This document shows, piece after piece, positions 1-9,693 of a DNA stretch of 39,401 bases (positions within the stretch are counted from its first letter, which is position 1; each line of letters begins with the position of its first letter). The notes beneath the pieces were generated by a model that made no database searches, was not told where the DNA came from, and was given only the letters and a program-made list of their open reading frames with translations. The DNA is from an uncultured Burkholderiaceae bacterium (GTDB lineage Bacteria > Pseudomonadota > Gammaproteobacteria > Burkholderiales > Burkholderiaceae_A). The DNA lies in assembly GCA_964470595.1 (NCBI GenBank), contig CAYYDO010000003.1, positions 4,459-43,859 on the forward strand, written 5' to 3'. A program made the position numbers and the translations under genes.

Positions 1-750
<750 letters not shown>

Positions 751-761
751 GGTGCCAGCGC

Positions 762-786
762 AGGCGCATTCCTCACGGAAGCGCCT
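762..786 (+). other. Intergenic stem-loop between atpD and atpC
   Basis: AGGCGC-A-TTCC tcac GGAA-GCGCCT inverted repeat with one bulge; only a weak T tail. Confidence 0.45.
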
Positions 787-842
787 TCTGACACCCTTGC
801 GGAATCACCTGATTTTTCTTCAGACTCAAGCCGGAAACCGAT

Positions 843-1265
843 ATGTCCAAAGTCTTTCAAGTCGATGTGGTCAGCGCCAAGGAGAGCATTTACTCCGGAC
901 CGGCGACTTTTGTGGCTCTGCCCGGTGAATCCGGTGAACTTGGCATCCTCCCTGGGCATATCCCGCTGATCACCCGGATTCATCCCGGCGCAGTCCGTAT
1001 CCAGAATGGCGGTCCCGAGACAGAGGAGCTGGTGTTTGTTGCCGGTGGCATTCTCGAGGTTCAGCCCCGCGGCGTGACCGTGCTCGCCGACACGGGCATA
1101 CGTGGCAAGGATCTGGACGAAGCGAAGGCGCTCGAGGCCAAGCGTCATGCCGAGGAAATGCTGGCCAGCAAGGCCGCCGAGATGGATTACGCGAAAGCGC
1201 AGGCAGAGCTCATGGAGGCCATTGCCGAGATCCGCGCCATCGAGCGCATGCGCAAGAAGAAATAA
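843..1265 (+). CDS. atpC: F1 ATP synthase epsilon subunit
   Basis: [19 protein letters not shown] and [10 protein letters not shown] motifs, C-terminal helical hairpin; follows atpD. Confidence 0.97.
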   Translation: MSKVFQVDVVSAKESIYSGPATFVALPGESGELGILPGHIPLITRIHPGAVRIQNGGPETEELVFVAGGILEVQPRGVTVLADTGIRGKDLDEAKALEAKRHAEEMLASKAAEMDYAKAQAELMEAIAEIRAIERMRKKK

Positions 1266-1310
1266 GTATCCGATCCGGATAGCCGCGTGATCACCTTTTC
1301 TGCCTGAGAC

Positions 1311-2417
1311 ATGCCGCAGGCATTCGACAACGACCTTTTCCTGAGGGCTTTGCGCCGGCAGCCGACCTCCCGCACGCCGGTCTGGCTGATGCGTCAGGCG
1401 GGGCGTTACCTTCCCGAGTACAACGCCACGCGTCGTCAGGCGGGGGACTTCATGGGTTTGTGCAAGAACCCGGAACTCGCCTGCGAGGTGACGCTTCAGC
1501 CGATCGATCGCTTCGGGCTGGATGCGGCAATACTTTTTTCGGACATCCTGACGATTCCGGACGCTCTTGGTCTGGGGCTGTTCTTTGCTCAGGGCGAGGG
1601 CCCGCGCTTTCAGAAACATATTGCCAACGAGGCCGATATCGATGCATTGGGGCACCTCGATCCGTCGCGGGAATTGCGCTATGTCGCCGATGCGGTTTCA
1701 ACCATCAAGGCCGCCTTGGGCAAGCGGGTGCCCCTGATCGGTTTTTCGGGCAGCCCCTGGACTCTGGCCTGTTATATGGTCAACGGCGGATCCAGTGGCG
1801 ATGATTTCCTGGATGTCCGAAAGTGGATTTACAGTCGTCCGGACGCCCTTTCCAGACTGCTCGACAAGCTTGCCGTCGCTGTGCGGGATTACCTCCTGAT
1901 GCAGATCGAGGCTGGTGCCGATACCGTGATGGTGTTTGACAGTTGGGGCGGCTTTCTTCCGGAAGCCCATTTTGGAAAGTTTTCCCAACGACACCTGAAG
2001 ATGATCGTGGATCAGGTCCGTCTGGGCAGCATCGAGATTCGCAGACGCCATGGCGAAACGGATGGATCCCCCACTCCGATCATCGTTTTCGTCAAGGGTG
2101 GTGGTCAGTGGCTCGAGTCGATTGCCGCGACCGGGGCCGATGCGGTGGGTCTGGACTGGACAACGCATCTTGGACAGGCGCGCAGCCGGATTGGCGATCG
2201 TTGCGCGTTACAGGGCAATCTTGATCCTGCCTGTCTTCTTGGCTCTCCGGAGCATATCCGGGCCGAAGCGGCACGAACTCTCGAGAGTTTCGGGCCTCCC
2301 TCGGAGGGTGTCGGACATATCTTCAACCTCGGCCACGGCATTTCCCAGCATACGCCGCCCGATAATGTGGCCTGTCTGGTCGAGGCTGTGGCCCAGTATT
2401 CAGGGCGCATGCGTTAG
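1311..2417 (+). CDS. hemE: Uroporphyrinogen decarboxylase
   Basis: [50 protein letters not shown]. Confidence 0.98.
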   Translation: MPQAFDNDLFLRALRRQPTSRTPVWLMRQAGRYLPEYNATRRQAGDFMGLCKNPELACEVTLQPIDRFGLDAAILFSDILTIPDALGLGLFFAQGEGPRFQKHIANEADIDALGHLDPSRELRYVADAVSTIKAALGKRVPLIGFSGSPWTLACYMVNGGSSGDDFLDVRKWIYSRPDALSRLLDKLAVAVRDYLLMQIEAGADTVMVFDSWGGFLPEAHFGKFSQRHLKMIVDQVRLGSIEIRRRHGETDGSPTPIIVFVKGGGQWLESIAATGADAVGLDWTTHLGQARSRIGDRCALQGNLDPACLLGSPEHIRAEAARTLESFGPPSEGVGHIFNLGHGISQHTPPDNVACLVEAVAQYSGRMR

Positions 2418-2450
2418 CGCTCGCTAACGGGCCGAAACGATGCTTTCGGC
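2413..2450. terminator. Two short hairpins at the end of hemE (possible terminator)
   Basis: GTTAGCG-ct-CGCTAAC (2413-2428) and GCCGAAA-cgatgc-TTTCGGC (2431-2450). Confidence 0.4.
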
Positions 2451-2456
2451 ACTGGT

Positions 2457-2640
2457 TTATGCACAGCCGCCCTGCCTCGACATTAAGGCCGATCTTTTCT
2501 GGCTGTCGATCAAGATGATGCATTAAGTTGTTGATTTTTTGGAATAATTCTAATTCCATGAGCATCGGGCTCTGAGTCGCACCGTCGCAGTGCCCTCGCG
2601 ACATCGGAAATCTGAAGAATTGCCCACAGACTTGTCCACA
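2457..2640. promoter_or_regulatory. DnaA-box cluster with IHF site and AT-rich tract (oriC/DARS-like element)
   Basis: TTATGCACA 2457-2465, TTGCCCACA 2620-2628, TTGTCCACA 2632-2640. Positions 2524-2536 read AATCAACAACTTA on the minus strand, matching the IHF consensus WATCAANNNNTTR. AT-rich ~2520-2560. Confidence 0.65.
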
Positions 2641-2652
2641 GGCCGGAAACCC

Positions 2653-4773
2653 TTGATATCAGTGGCTGTTGACGTGCCGATGGCCGAAACCCTTGCCTAC
2701 GCCTGCTCTGGCGAGCCCCCCTCCCATGGCGACTGGGTAGAGGTTCCTCTGGGAAGGCGGCGGGTACTTGGGTTGGTGGTGGAACCCTCTCTGTCCGATA
2801 TCGATTGCGCAGGTGAGGGGGTCGATCCCGACCGCATCAAGGAGATCTATGGCCCTATCGGGGGGCTGCCGCGGGTCGACTCCGAATGGATTCGCTTCCT
2901 CGCCTTTGCTGCACGTTACTATCGGCGACCATTGGGGACCGTACTGGTGGGTCTCGTTCCAAAGTGGCTGCGTGATCTCGGCAACCTGGCACCACGTGGC
3001 AAACGATCGGTCAGCAGTTTCGAGCGCCTGCTTGCCGAGACCGGTCTGGATTCCGGCTCTACCGATTCTTTCGCGTCTCAGGGCGATACCAGGCTTGATT
3101 CCATCGCTGCAGGCGACTCCCTGGAAGAGCCAGCGCTTACTTTTTCTCAAACCAGCGTCCTCGGAGAGCTGCGTTCTCCGGGCGTTCATGTCCTGCATGG
3201 CGTGACGGGATCCGGCAAGACCCGGATCTATACCGAACTCGCCCGTGACATCCTGAGGTCTGATACCTCCAGTCAGGTGCTGGTCATGGTGCCGGAGATC
3301 GGGCTGACCCCCCAGCTGGTCCATCGCTTTCGCAAGGCCTTCCCGGACATTCCGACAGTCATCCTGCACAGTGAAATCACCGAGCGGGAACGCGCGAAAG
3401 TCTGGCTCCTTGCTGCCTCGGGACGGGCTCGTCTGGTTATCGGGACACGACTCTCGATCATGACCCCGATGCCCCGGCTTCGTCTGATCGTGGTCGACGA
3501 GGAGCATGATCCCTCCTACAAGCAACAGGAGGGAATGCGCTACAGCGCACGCGATCTGGCTGTCTGGCGCTCCAGACAACTGGGCAGCACTCTGGTTCTG
3601 GGCAGTGCTACCCCCTCGATCGAGACCTGGGCCCAGATTGCGCGAGGCCGATATGTGCGCCACCGGCTTGCCAACCGGGCCACCGGCGAGCCGCCTGCAC
3701 CGATCCGCATCATCGACACCTTGCGCGACCCTGCCCGCGAGGGTCTCTCCGAAGAGAGTCGCAAGGCGATTGCGCGTGTGCTGGGCGAGGGCGGTCAGGT
3801 GATGGTCTTCCTGAATCGTCGAGGCTACGCGCCGGTGCTGAGTTGCCCAAGTTGCGGCTGGTCATCGAGCTGCCCCGCCTGCGGTGTTGCAGTGGTGCTT
3901 CATCGCCAGCTCGCGGCACCTGCGTCACGAGCCGGTTCCAGCCCCTGGCAGCTTCAATGCCATCACTGCGGTCTGACGGCTCCCGTTCCACGTCAGTGTC
4001 CGGATTGCGGCGACCCGGATCTGCAACCGATCGGTCGCGGTGTTCAGCGACTGGAGCAGACCCTGACCGACACCTTCCCGCAGGCGCGAGTGCTTCGGAT
4101 CGATCGCGATACCGTCAGGCAGGGTAAGGCGCTTGCTGCACAGATTGCCCGTATCGAGGCGGGTGAGATCGATATCGTTGTTGGCACCCAGATGCTTGCC
4201 AAAGGACATGATTTCGCAAGGATGCGGCTGGTGGTGGTGGCCGATTCGGACACACAGTTGCTGAATCCGGACTTCCGCGCCCCGGAACGCCTGTTCGCGA
4301 CGCTGATTCAGGTGGCCGGTCGCGCCGGTCGGCATGGTCAGTCCGGATCCCCTGCCGAGGTGCTGATTCAGACCCGCTACCCGCAGCATCCCCTCTATGA
4401 CTTTCTCTCGCGTCAGGATGTCGATGGCTTTGCCGAGGCTGAAATGACTGAGCGCAGCAACGCTGCACTTCCCCCTTATGTACACATGGCGGCGATCCGG
4501 GCGTCCCATCCGGATGCCCGTCGAATACAGTCGGCGCTCAAGGACTTGCGTGAACAGCTTCGCGAATATGCGGTGCAAGAGGGCTGGGCGATTTCGGTTC
4601 ACGGGCCGGTTCCTCGCTATCCGGAGGTCCTTGCCGGTCGCTGGCGTGGGCAGCTTCTGCTTGAGTCTGCCGCGCGCCCGGAGCTGCATCGGCTTCTTGC
4701 CCTGAGTGCTCCCTGGCTTGAGCGACACCGGGCCTTCGACCCGCACCTCGATATTGATCCTCTCGAGGTCTGA
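2653..4773 (+). CDS. priA: Primosomal protein N' (replication restart helicase)
   Basis: GVTGSGKT, VPEIGLTPQ, DEEHD, GSATPS, four CxxC pairs, GTQMLAKGHDF, QVAGRAGR. TTG 2653 start is inferred from the N-terminal ISVAVDVP motif; start uncertain. Confidence 0.95.
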   Translation: MISVAVDVPMAETLAYACSGEPPSHGDWVEVPLGRRRVLGLVVEPSLSDIDCAGEGVDPDRIKEIYGPIGGLPRVDSEWIRFLAFAARYYRRPLGTVLVGLVPKWLRDLGNLAPRGKRSVSSFERLLAETGLDSGSTDSFASQGDTRLDSIAAGDSLEEPALTFSQTSVLGELRSPGVHVLHGVTGSGKTRIYTELARDILRSDTSSQVLVMVPEIGLTPQLVHRFRKAFPDIPTVILHSEITERERAKVWLLAASGRARLVIGTRLSIMTPMPRLRLIVVDEEHDPSYKQQEGMRYSARDLAVWRSRQLGSTLVLGSATPSIETWAQIARGRYVRHRLANRATGEPPAPIRIIDTLRDPAREGLSEESRKAIARVLGEGGQVMVFLNRRGYAPVLSCPSCGWSSSCPACGVAVVLHRQLAAPASRAGSSPWQLQCHHCGLTAPVPRQCPDCGDPDLQPIGRGVQRLEQTLTDTFPQARVLRIDRDTVRQGKALAAQIARIEAGEIDIVVGTQMLAKGHDFARMRLVVVADSDTQLLNPDFRAPERLFATLIQVAGRAGRHGQSGSPAEVLIQTRYPQHPLYDFLSRQDVDGFAEAEMTERSNAALPPYVHMAAIRASHPDARRIQSALKDLREQLREYAVQEGWAISVHGPVPRYPEVLAGRWRGQLLLESAARPELHRLLALSAPWLERHRAFDPHLDIDPLEV

Positions 4774-4776
4774 ACC

Positions 4777-6696
4777 CTAACTGCCGACCTGTTTTGCTGC
4801 ATCTTCCTTTTGCAGCAATTCCTCCCAGCGTGCCATCAGAGAATCGATCTCGGCAGCGAGTTTTTGGTGGTCCTGGTTCAATTGCGCAAGATCGGCGCCC
4901 GGATCGGAATAGGTCTCCGGATTGGCCAGCCGCTGAGCGAGGCCGTCCTGTCGTGCCTCGAGGGTCTCGATCTTTTCAGGAATTCCAGCCAGCTCCTGCC
5001 TTTCCCAACTGCTCAGCCGTACCGGCCGGTCATTGCTGCGGGCTGTCTTCGCCCTGTCAGTCCTGGGCGGCGTGACGGCGGCGGCGGACGAGAGGGCGAA
5101 GCCGACCGACCTCCCCCCTTGTGCCAGCCAGTCGGCGACCCCGCCCACATATTCCCGCCATCGTCCGGACCCTTCCCAGGCAATGATGCCGGTCACCACC
5201 TGATCCAGGAAGGCCCGATCATGCGAGACCAGAAACACCGTTCCTGGGTAAGCCTGCAGCAGCTCCTCCAGAAGCTCCAGGGTTTCGATATCGAGATCGT
5301 TCGTGGGTTCGTCGAGCACCAGCACATTCGCGGGCCGGGCAAAAAGCCTTGCCAGCAGCAGTCGGCTGCGCTCGCCACCGGAAAGTGACCGAACAGGTGA
5401 CGCTGCTCTCTGAGGGGGAAACAGAAAATCGCCCAGGTAGCTCTTGACATGCTTGCGCTCGGTTCCGATCTCGATCCACTCGCTGCCGGGGCTGATGAAG
5501 TCCTGCAGACTGGCGTCGAGGTCCAGGTTGGCACGCATCTGGTCGAAATAGGCCACCTCGAGACGGGTCCCCAGGCGTACATCGCCCGCATCGGGGGCCA
5601 GTTCGCCGAGAATCACGCGCAAGAGGGTGGTTTTCCCGGCCCCATTCGGCCCGATGATTCCGATCCGGTCGCCGCGAAGAATGGTGGTTGTCACATCCCT
5701 CAGCACCGGGCGATTGCCAAAGGATTTGTCGACTCCGGTCAGTTCCGCAACGATCTTTCCGCTGCCAGAACCGGATGACACCGACAGGCGTGCCCGCCCC
5801 AGCGTGTTTCGGCGTTGCTCCCGCTGCTCCCGCAGATGCTCCAGGCGGGCAATGCGACTGGCGCTGCGGGTTCGGCGTGCCTCGATGCCGCGCCTGATCC
5901 AGACTTCCTCCTGTGCCAGAAGCTTGTCGGCCCTCGCATTGGCCAGCGACTCCGCAGCCAGTTCGTCTTCCTTCAGCTTCCGGTAATCCGAGAAACGCCC
6001 CGGATAGCGTCTCAGAAGACCCCGGTCGAGTTCGACGATGGAGGTGCAGACTGCGTCAAGGAAGGCCCGGTCGTGAGTGATGAAGACCATCGCACCGTTC
6101 CATTTGCGCAGCAATTCTTCCAGCCAGATGATGGCATCCATATCCAGGTGGTTGGTCGGTTCGTCGAGCAGCAGGACATCCGGTGCTGCGACCAGAGCGC
6201 ATGCCAGCGCAACCCGTTTGCGTTGTCCTCCCGAGAGTTGTGCGATCCGTGCATCGGGATCGAGACTCAGGCGCTGCAGCACCTCGCTGACGCGCTGCTC
6301 CCAGGTCCATCCCTGCAGGGCATCGAGTTCGGCGGACAGTCGGGCAAGCTCCTCGCTGGTGGCGAGATCTGGTGCCTGTGCACTGAGCGCTTCGAATCTG
6401 CTGCGCAGAGCGACGATCGCGGAGAGTCCCGAGGCGGTCTGCTGAAAGATCGTGAGTTCGTCATGGAGCAGGGGTTCCTGCGCGACCAGCGCGATGCGCA
6501 GACCCTGCTGAACGATCCGCTTGCCATCATCGGCGTCCTGCCGGCCGGCAATCAGGGCCAGAAGGGTTGATTTCCCCGTGCCATTGCGCCCGATCAGACC
6601 GATGCGCTCGGATGGCTGGAGCGAGAAGTCTGCGCCATCGAGGAGCGCCACGTGGCCAAAGGCCAGGCGCACCCCGGAGAGCACGATCAGAGACAT
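4777..6696 (-). CDS. uup: ABC-F family ATPase Uup
   Basis: Two ABC cassettes (GRNGTGKST/LSGGQ/DEPTNHLD and GPNGAGKTT/LSGGE/DEPTNDLD), QEEVWIRRGIEARRTR linker, C-terminal coiled coil, no TM segments. Confidence 0.92.
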   Translation of the reverse strand: MSLIVLSGVRLAFGHVALLDGADFSLQPSERIGLIGRNGTGKSTLLALIAGRQDADDGKRIVQQGLRIALVAQEPLLHDELTIFQQTASGLSAIVALRSRFEALSAQAPDLATSEELARLSAELDALQGWTWEQRVSEVLQRLSLDPDARIAQLSGGQRKRVALACALVAAPDVLLLDEPTNHLDMDAIIWLEELLRKWNGAMVFITHDRAFLDAVCTSIVELDRGLLRRYPGRFSDYRKLKEDELAAESLANARADKLLAQEEVWIRRGIEARRTRSASRIARLEHLREQREQRRNTLGRARLSVSSGSGSGKIVAELTGVDKSFGNRPVLRDVTTTILRGDRIGIIGPNGAGKTTLLRVILGELAPDAGDVRLGTRLEVAYFDQMRANLDLDASLQDFISPGSEWIEIGTERKHVKSYLGDFLFPPQRAASPVRSLSGGERSRLLLARLFARPANVLVLDEPTNDLDIETLELLEELLQAYPGTVFLVSHDRAFLDQVVTGIIAWEGSGRWREYVGGVADWLAQGGRSVGFALSSAAAVTPPRTDRAKTARSNDRPVRLSSWERQELAGIPEKIETLEARQDGLAQRLANPETYSDPGADLAQLNQDHQKLAAEIDSLMARWEELLQKEDAAKQVGS

Positions 6697-6715
6697 GTTC
6701 TCGGACCGGTCGGGT

Positions 6716-7921
6716 TCAGAGCAGCGCCAGTGCCTGCTCGGCGGCAATGAGCCCTTCGTCGGTCGGCACAACCCAGATTTCGACGGGACTGCCCTCGGCG
6801 TGAATAGGCGCAATCTGTTCCCGCGGGGCATTCGCGTTGCGCTCCGCGTCCAGCAGGGCGCCCATGCAGGCCAGCTTCGCGCAGACATCGGCGCGAAGCT
6901 GCCGGTCGTTCTCCCCGATGCCGCCCGCGAAGGCAATGGCGTCGACTCCGCCCATGGCGGCGATCAGTCCGCCGCATTCGTGGATGACGCGGCGCTGGTA
7001 CAACTCGATGGCCAACTGTGCGTCCTCGGACCCGTTTTCCCGGAGCGTACGCATGTCGGCCGATATGCCCGATATGCCCTTCAAGCCCGACTGCCGGTAG
7101 AAAAGGTCCTCGAGGGCCCGCGCATCCATACCCTTCTGAACCAGGTGCAGCATCACCCCGGCATCGAGATCGCCGCAACGTGTGCCCATCATCAGACCGC
7201 CCACTGCAGAAAAGCCCATCGTGGTCGAAAAGCTTCGGCCGTCGATGCAGGCACACAGGCTTGATCCGTTGCCAAGGTGTGCCATCAGCAGGCGGCCCCG
7301 TGCGGCCTTGCTGTGGTGCGCCAGACGGGTTGACACATAGTGGTACGAAAGCCCATGAAAGCCGTAGCGGTGAATGCCCTGCTCATACAGGGCCTTGTTG
7401 AGCGGCAGGGTTTTCTCGATGCGCGACAGGGTCGCGTGAAATGCGGTGTCGAAGCAGGCAATTTGCGGCAATCCGGGCAGGATCTGCATGAAGGCAGAGA
7501 TTCCGTGAAGATTGTGCGGCTGATGCAAGGGGGCAAGTGGCTCGAGCGTGCGCAGCTCGTCGAGGATGGCGCCAGTCACCCGGATGGGTGCCACGAACTT
7601 TTCGCCACCGTGCACGACCCGGTGTGCCACCGCGAGGAGTTCCAGCCCGCCGAACTCGCGATCGATGACCGCTTTCAGGTAGGCCAGGGCCGTGCCAAAA
7701 GGGTCGGCAGCATGACCCTCAGCGAGTTCTTCCCGATGCTGTACGCCATTTCGTGACCACGATACGAAAGGTTTCCCGCCTGGCTCCAGGCCCTGAATGT
7801 TGCCACTGAGAATCGAGGCCTCCGCGCTGGGTGCACCATTGTTCCGGGCGACGGGATGGGTCGAGAACTTGAGCGACGACGAGCCGATATTGACGGCCAG
7901 AATCACGGCGGAGGCTTTCAT
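6716..7921 (-). CDS. ackA: Acetate/propionate kinase
   Basis: NIGSSSLKF, HRVVHGG, LAPLH, FDTAFH, YGFHGLS, HLGNGSS, GGIGEN. Confidence 0.93.
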   Translation of the reverse strand: MKASAVILAVNIGSSSLKFSTHPVARNNGAPSAEASILSGNIQGLEPGGKPFVSWSRNGVQHREELAEGHAADPFGTALAYLKAVIDREFGGLELLAVAHRVVHGGEKFVAPIRVTGAILDELRTLEPLAPLHQPHNLHGISAFMQILPGLPQIACFDTAFHATLSRIEKTLPLNKALYEQGIHRYGFHGLSYHYVSTRLAHHSKAARGRLLMAHLGNGSSLCACIDGRSFSTTMGFSAVGGLMMGTRCGDLDAGVMLHLVQKGMDARALEDLFYRQSGLKGISGISADMRTLRENGSEDAQLAIELYQRRVIHECGGLIAAMGGVDAIAFAGGIGENDRQLRADVCAKLACMGALLDAERNANAPREQIAPIHAEGSPVEIWVVPTDEGLIAAEQALALL

Positions 7922-7937
7922 GACGACGGTCGCTCTC

Positions 7938-9350
7938 TCAGGGTTTGTGAAGCCGGTAGTGGTGGGCCACCAGTTTAGCCAGAAGTCCGCTCGCCAGCCT
8001 GGCTGCAGGACCGTCCGCGCGGCTGGTCAGAGCCATTGGAACTCTCGCACCGAGCACGATGCCGCATGCGGTGGCTCCTGCGAGGTACTCGAGCTGCTTG
8101 CCGATCATGTTGGCGGATTCGAGATCGGGTGCAATCAGAATATCCGCCTGGCCAGCCACCGGGGAGTCGATCTTCTTGATTCGTGCTGCCTCCAGCGAGA
8201 TGGCGTTATCGAATGCCAGGGGCCCGTCGAGTTGCGCCCCGGTAATCTGTCGACGATCCGCCATCTTGCACAATGCTGCAGCATCCAGGGTGGAGGTGAT
8301 GCTCGGGGTCACCGTCTCGACTGCCGAGAGAATCGCAACTTTTGGATTGGGATTGCCCAGGATGTGGGCCAGTGCGATTGCGTTCTGGACGATCTCCACC
8401 TTCTCCTCGAGCCCTGGATTGATGTTGATCGCCCCGTCGCTGATCAGCAGGGGCTTGCTGTAGAGCGGTACCTCGAAGCGCCAGATATGCGAGATACGGC
8501 GCTTGGTGCGCAGAGCGGGGTTCTTGATTACCGCGTGCATCAGTTCGTCGGTGTGCAGGCTGCCTTTCATCAGCGCCTCCAGCTTTCCGGCTGCCGCCAT
8601 CGTTGCCGCAATCTCCGCCGCAGCATGGCTGTGTGGCGTGTTGACGATCTCGAAGTCCCTGATGTCCAGATGGTGTTCTTCGGCGATGCTGCGGATGCGG
8701 GCCTCTGGCCCGATCAGAACCGGGCGAATGAGACCAGCCTCGGCTGACTCGATGGCACCCTGCAGGGCGCCCTCTTCGCAGGGGTGGACGATCCCGCAAC
8801 TCACCGGCTCAAGATGTGCCCCAAGGGCGAGCAGGGCCTTGAGACGCGAGTCGGGATCGAACAACTGGATTTTCGGGGCCTGTATCTTTTCCCGGCGCAC
8901 CTTGACCGTGGGTGCCACCACCACGGCCTCACCTTGCGCGACCTTGTCCTGATGCTGGTTGATGACCAGGCAGTCGAAGGTGATCGATTTGCTCTCCGGA
9001 TTCTTGGCCACCGCACGCACCGTGACGGTGACCGTGTCGCCGAGCCTTACCGGACGCAGGAACGACAAGCGCTGCTCCAGATACACGGTTCCGATGCCCG
9101 GAAGCGAGTTGCCCAGCACGCTGGAAATGAGCGAACCACTCCACATGCTGTGTCCGACGATTTCCCGGAACAGTGTGCTGTCTGCCGCGTAGTCACTGTC
9201 GAGGTGTGTGGGGTTGGTATCGCCGGACACTGCGGCGAATCCCTCGATGTCGGATTTGGTCAGTGTGCGGACCAGCCGCGCGGAATCCCCGACATGGATC
9301 TCGTCGAAGGTCCTGTTCTCGATGATTTCACCGGCCAGAGTGGCGATCAT
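7938..9350 (-). CDS. Bifunctional MaoC/PhaJ-type enoyl-CoA hydratase and phosphate acetyl/butyryltransferase
   Basis: N-terminal FAAVSGDTNPTH hot-dog hydratase motif; C-terminal LMKGSLHT, DGPLAFDNA, LTSRAD. GGGGAG Shine-Dalgarno upstream of ATG 9350. Confidence 0.92.
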   Translation of the reverse strand: MIATLAGEIIENRTFDEIHVGDSARLVRTLTKSDIEGFAAVSGDTNPTHLDSDYAADSTLFREIVGHSMWSGSLISSVLGNSLPGIGTVYLEQRLSFLRPVRLGDTVTVTVRAVAKNPESKSITFDCLVINQHQDKVAQGEAVVVAPTVKVRREKIQAPKIQLFDPDSRLKALLALGAHLEPVSCGIVHPCEEGALQGAIESAEAGLIRPVLIGPEARIRSIAEEHHLDIRDFEIVNTPHSHAAAEIAATMAAAGKLEALMKGSLHTDELMHAVIKNPALRTKRRISHIWRFEVPLYSKPLLISDGAININPGLEEKVEIVQNAIALAHILGNPNPKVAILSAVETVTPSITSTLDAAALCKMADRRQITGAQLDGPLAFDNAISLEAARIKKIDSPVAGQADILIAPDLESANMIGKQLEYLAGATACGIVLGARVPMALTSRADGPAARLASGLLAKLVAHHYRLHKP

Positions 9351-9380
9351 GGTCAACTCCCCGCTTGTTGTGATGCAGCA

Positions 9381-9443
9381 ATACTAACGGCAGGCGTATG
9401 GCATTGCCATGAAATGCGCAGCCGACGCCTTGCGCCAGGTCAA
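9381..9443 (-). promoter_or_regulatory. Putative promoter of the MaoC-Pta/ackA operon with an FNR/CRP-family-like site
   Basis: Minus-strand TAGTAT -10 (9381-9386); TTGAC-ctgg-CGCAA (9430-9443); perfect palindrome ATGGCA-t-TGCCAT (9398-9410). Confidence 0.35.
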
Positions 9444-9520
9444 GCATGAGCTTCGCCGGGCCCGTCAACGCGGGTCTGGTCGACGCTTGCGAGGCGAGCC
9501 CGGCCGGGGCAAGACCGCGC

Positions 9521-9526
9521 TAGAAT
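9521..9526 (+). promoter_or_regulatory. -10 box upstream of tRNA-Arg/argS
   Basis: TAGAAT followed by GC-rich discriminator GGCCGGC. Confidence 0.5.
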
Positions 9527-9581
9527 GGCCGGCTTTGCGGAATTGGTCATCCTGGCGAGTCCGGTGTGTGCCCTCCGTTAT

Positions 9582-9657
9582 GCGTCTGTAGCTCAGTGGA
9601 TAGAGTACTGGCCTCCGAAGCCAGGGGTCGCAGGTTCAATTCCTGCCAGACGCGCCA
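9582..9657 (+). tRNA. tRNA-Arg(CCG)
   Basis: Acceptor GCGTCTG/CAGACGC, anticodon arm CTGGC-ctCCGaa-GCCAG, T-loop GGTTCAATTCC, encoded CCA. Confidence 0.97.
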
Positions 9658-9693
9658 GTCTTCCTGTCGATTTTCACCCGAGTGTCACCCGCA

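Noticed and set aside
2020-2075. Short insertion in HemE ([14 protein letters not shown])
   Set aside because: Lies in a variable surface loop; catalytic motifs are intact.
9582-9657. tRNA genes as island integration sites
   Set aside because: No integrase or duplicated tRNA 3' end was seen, and the flanks are core genes.
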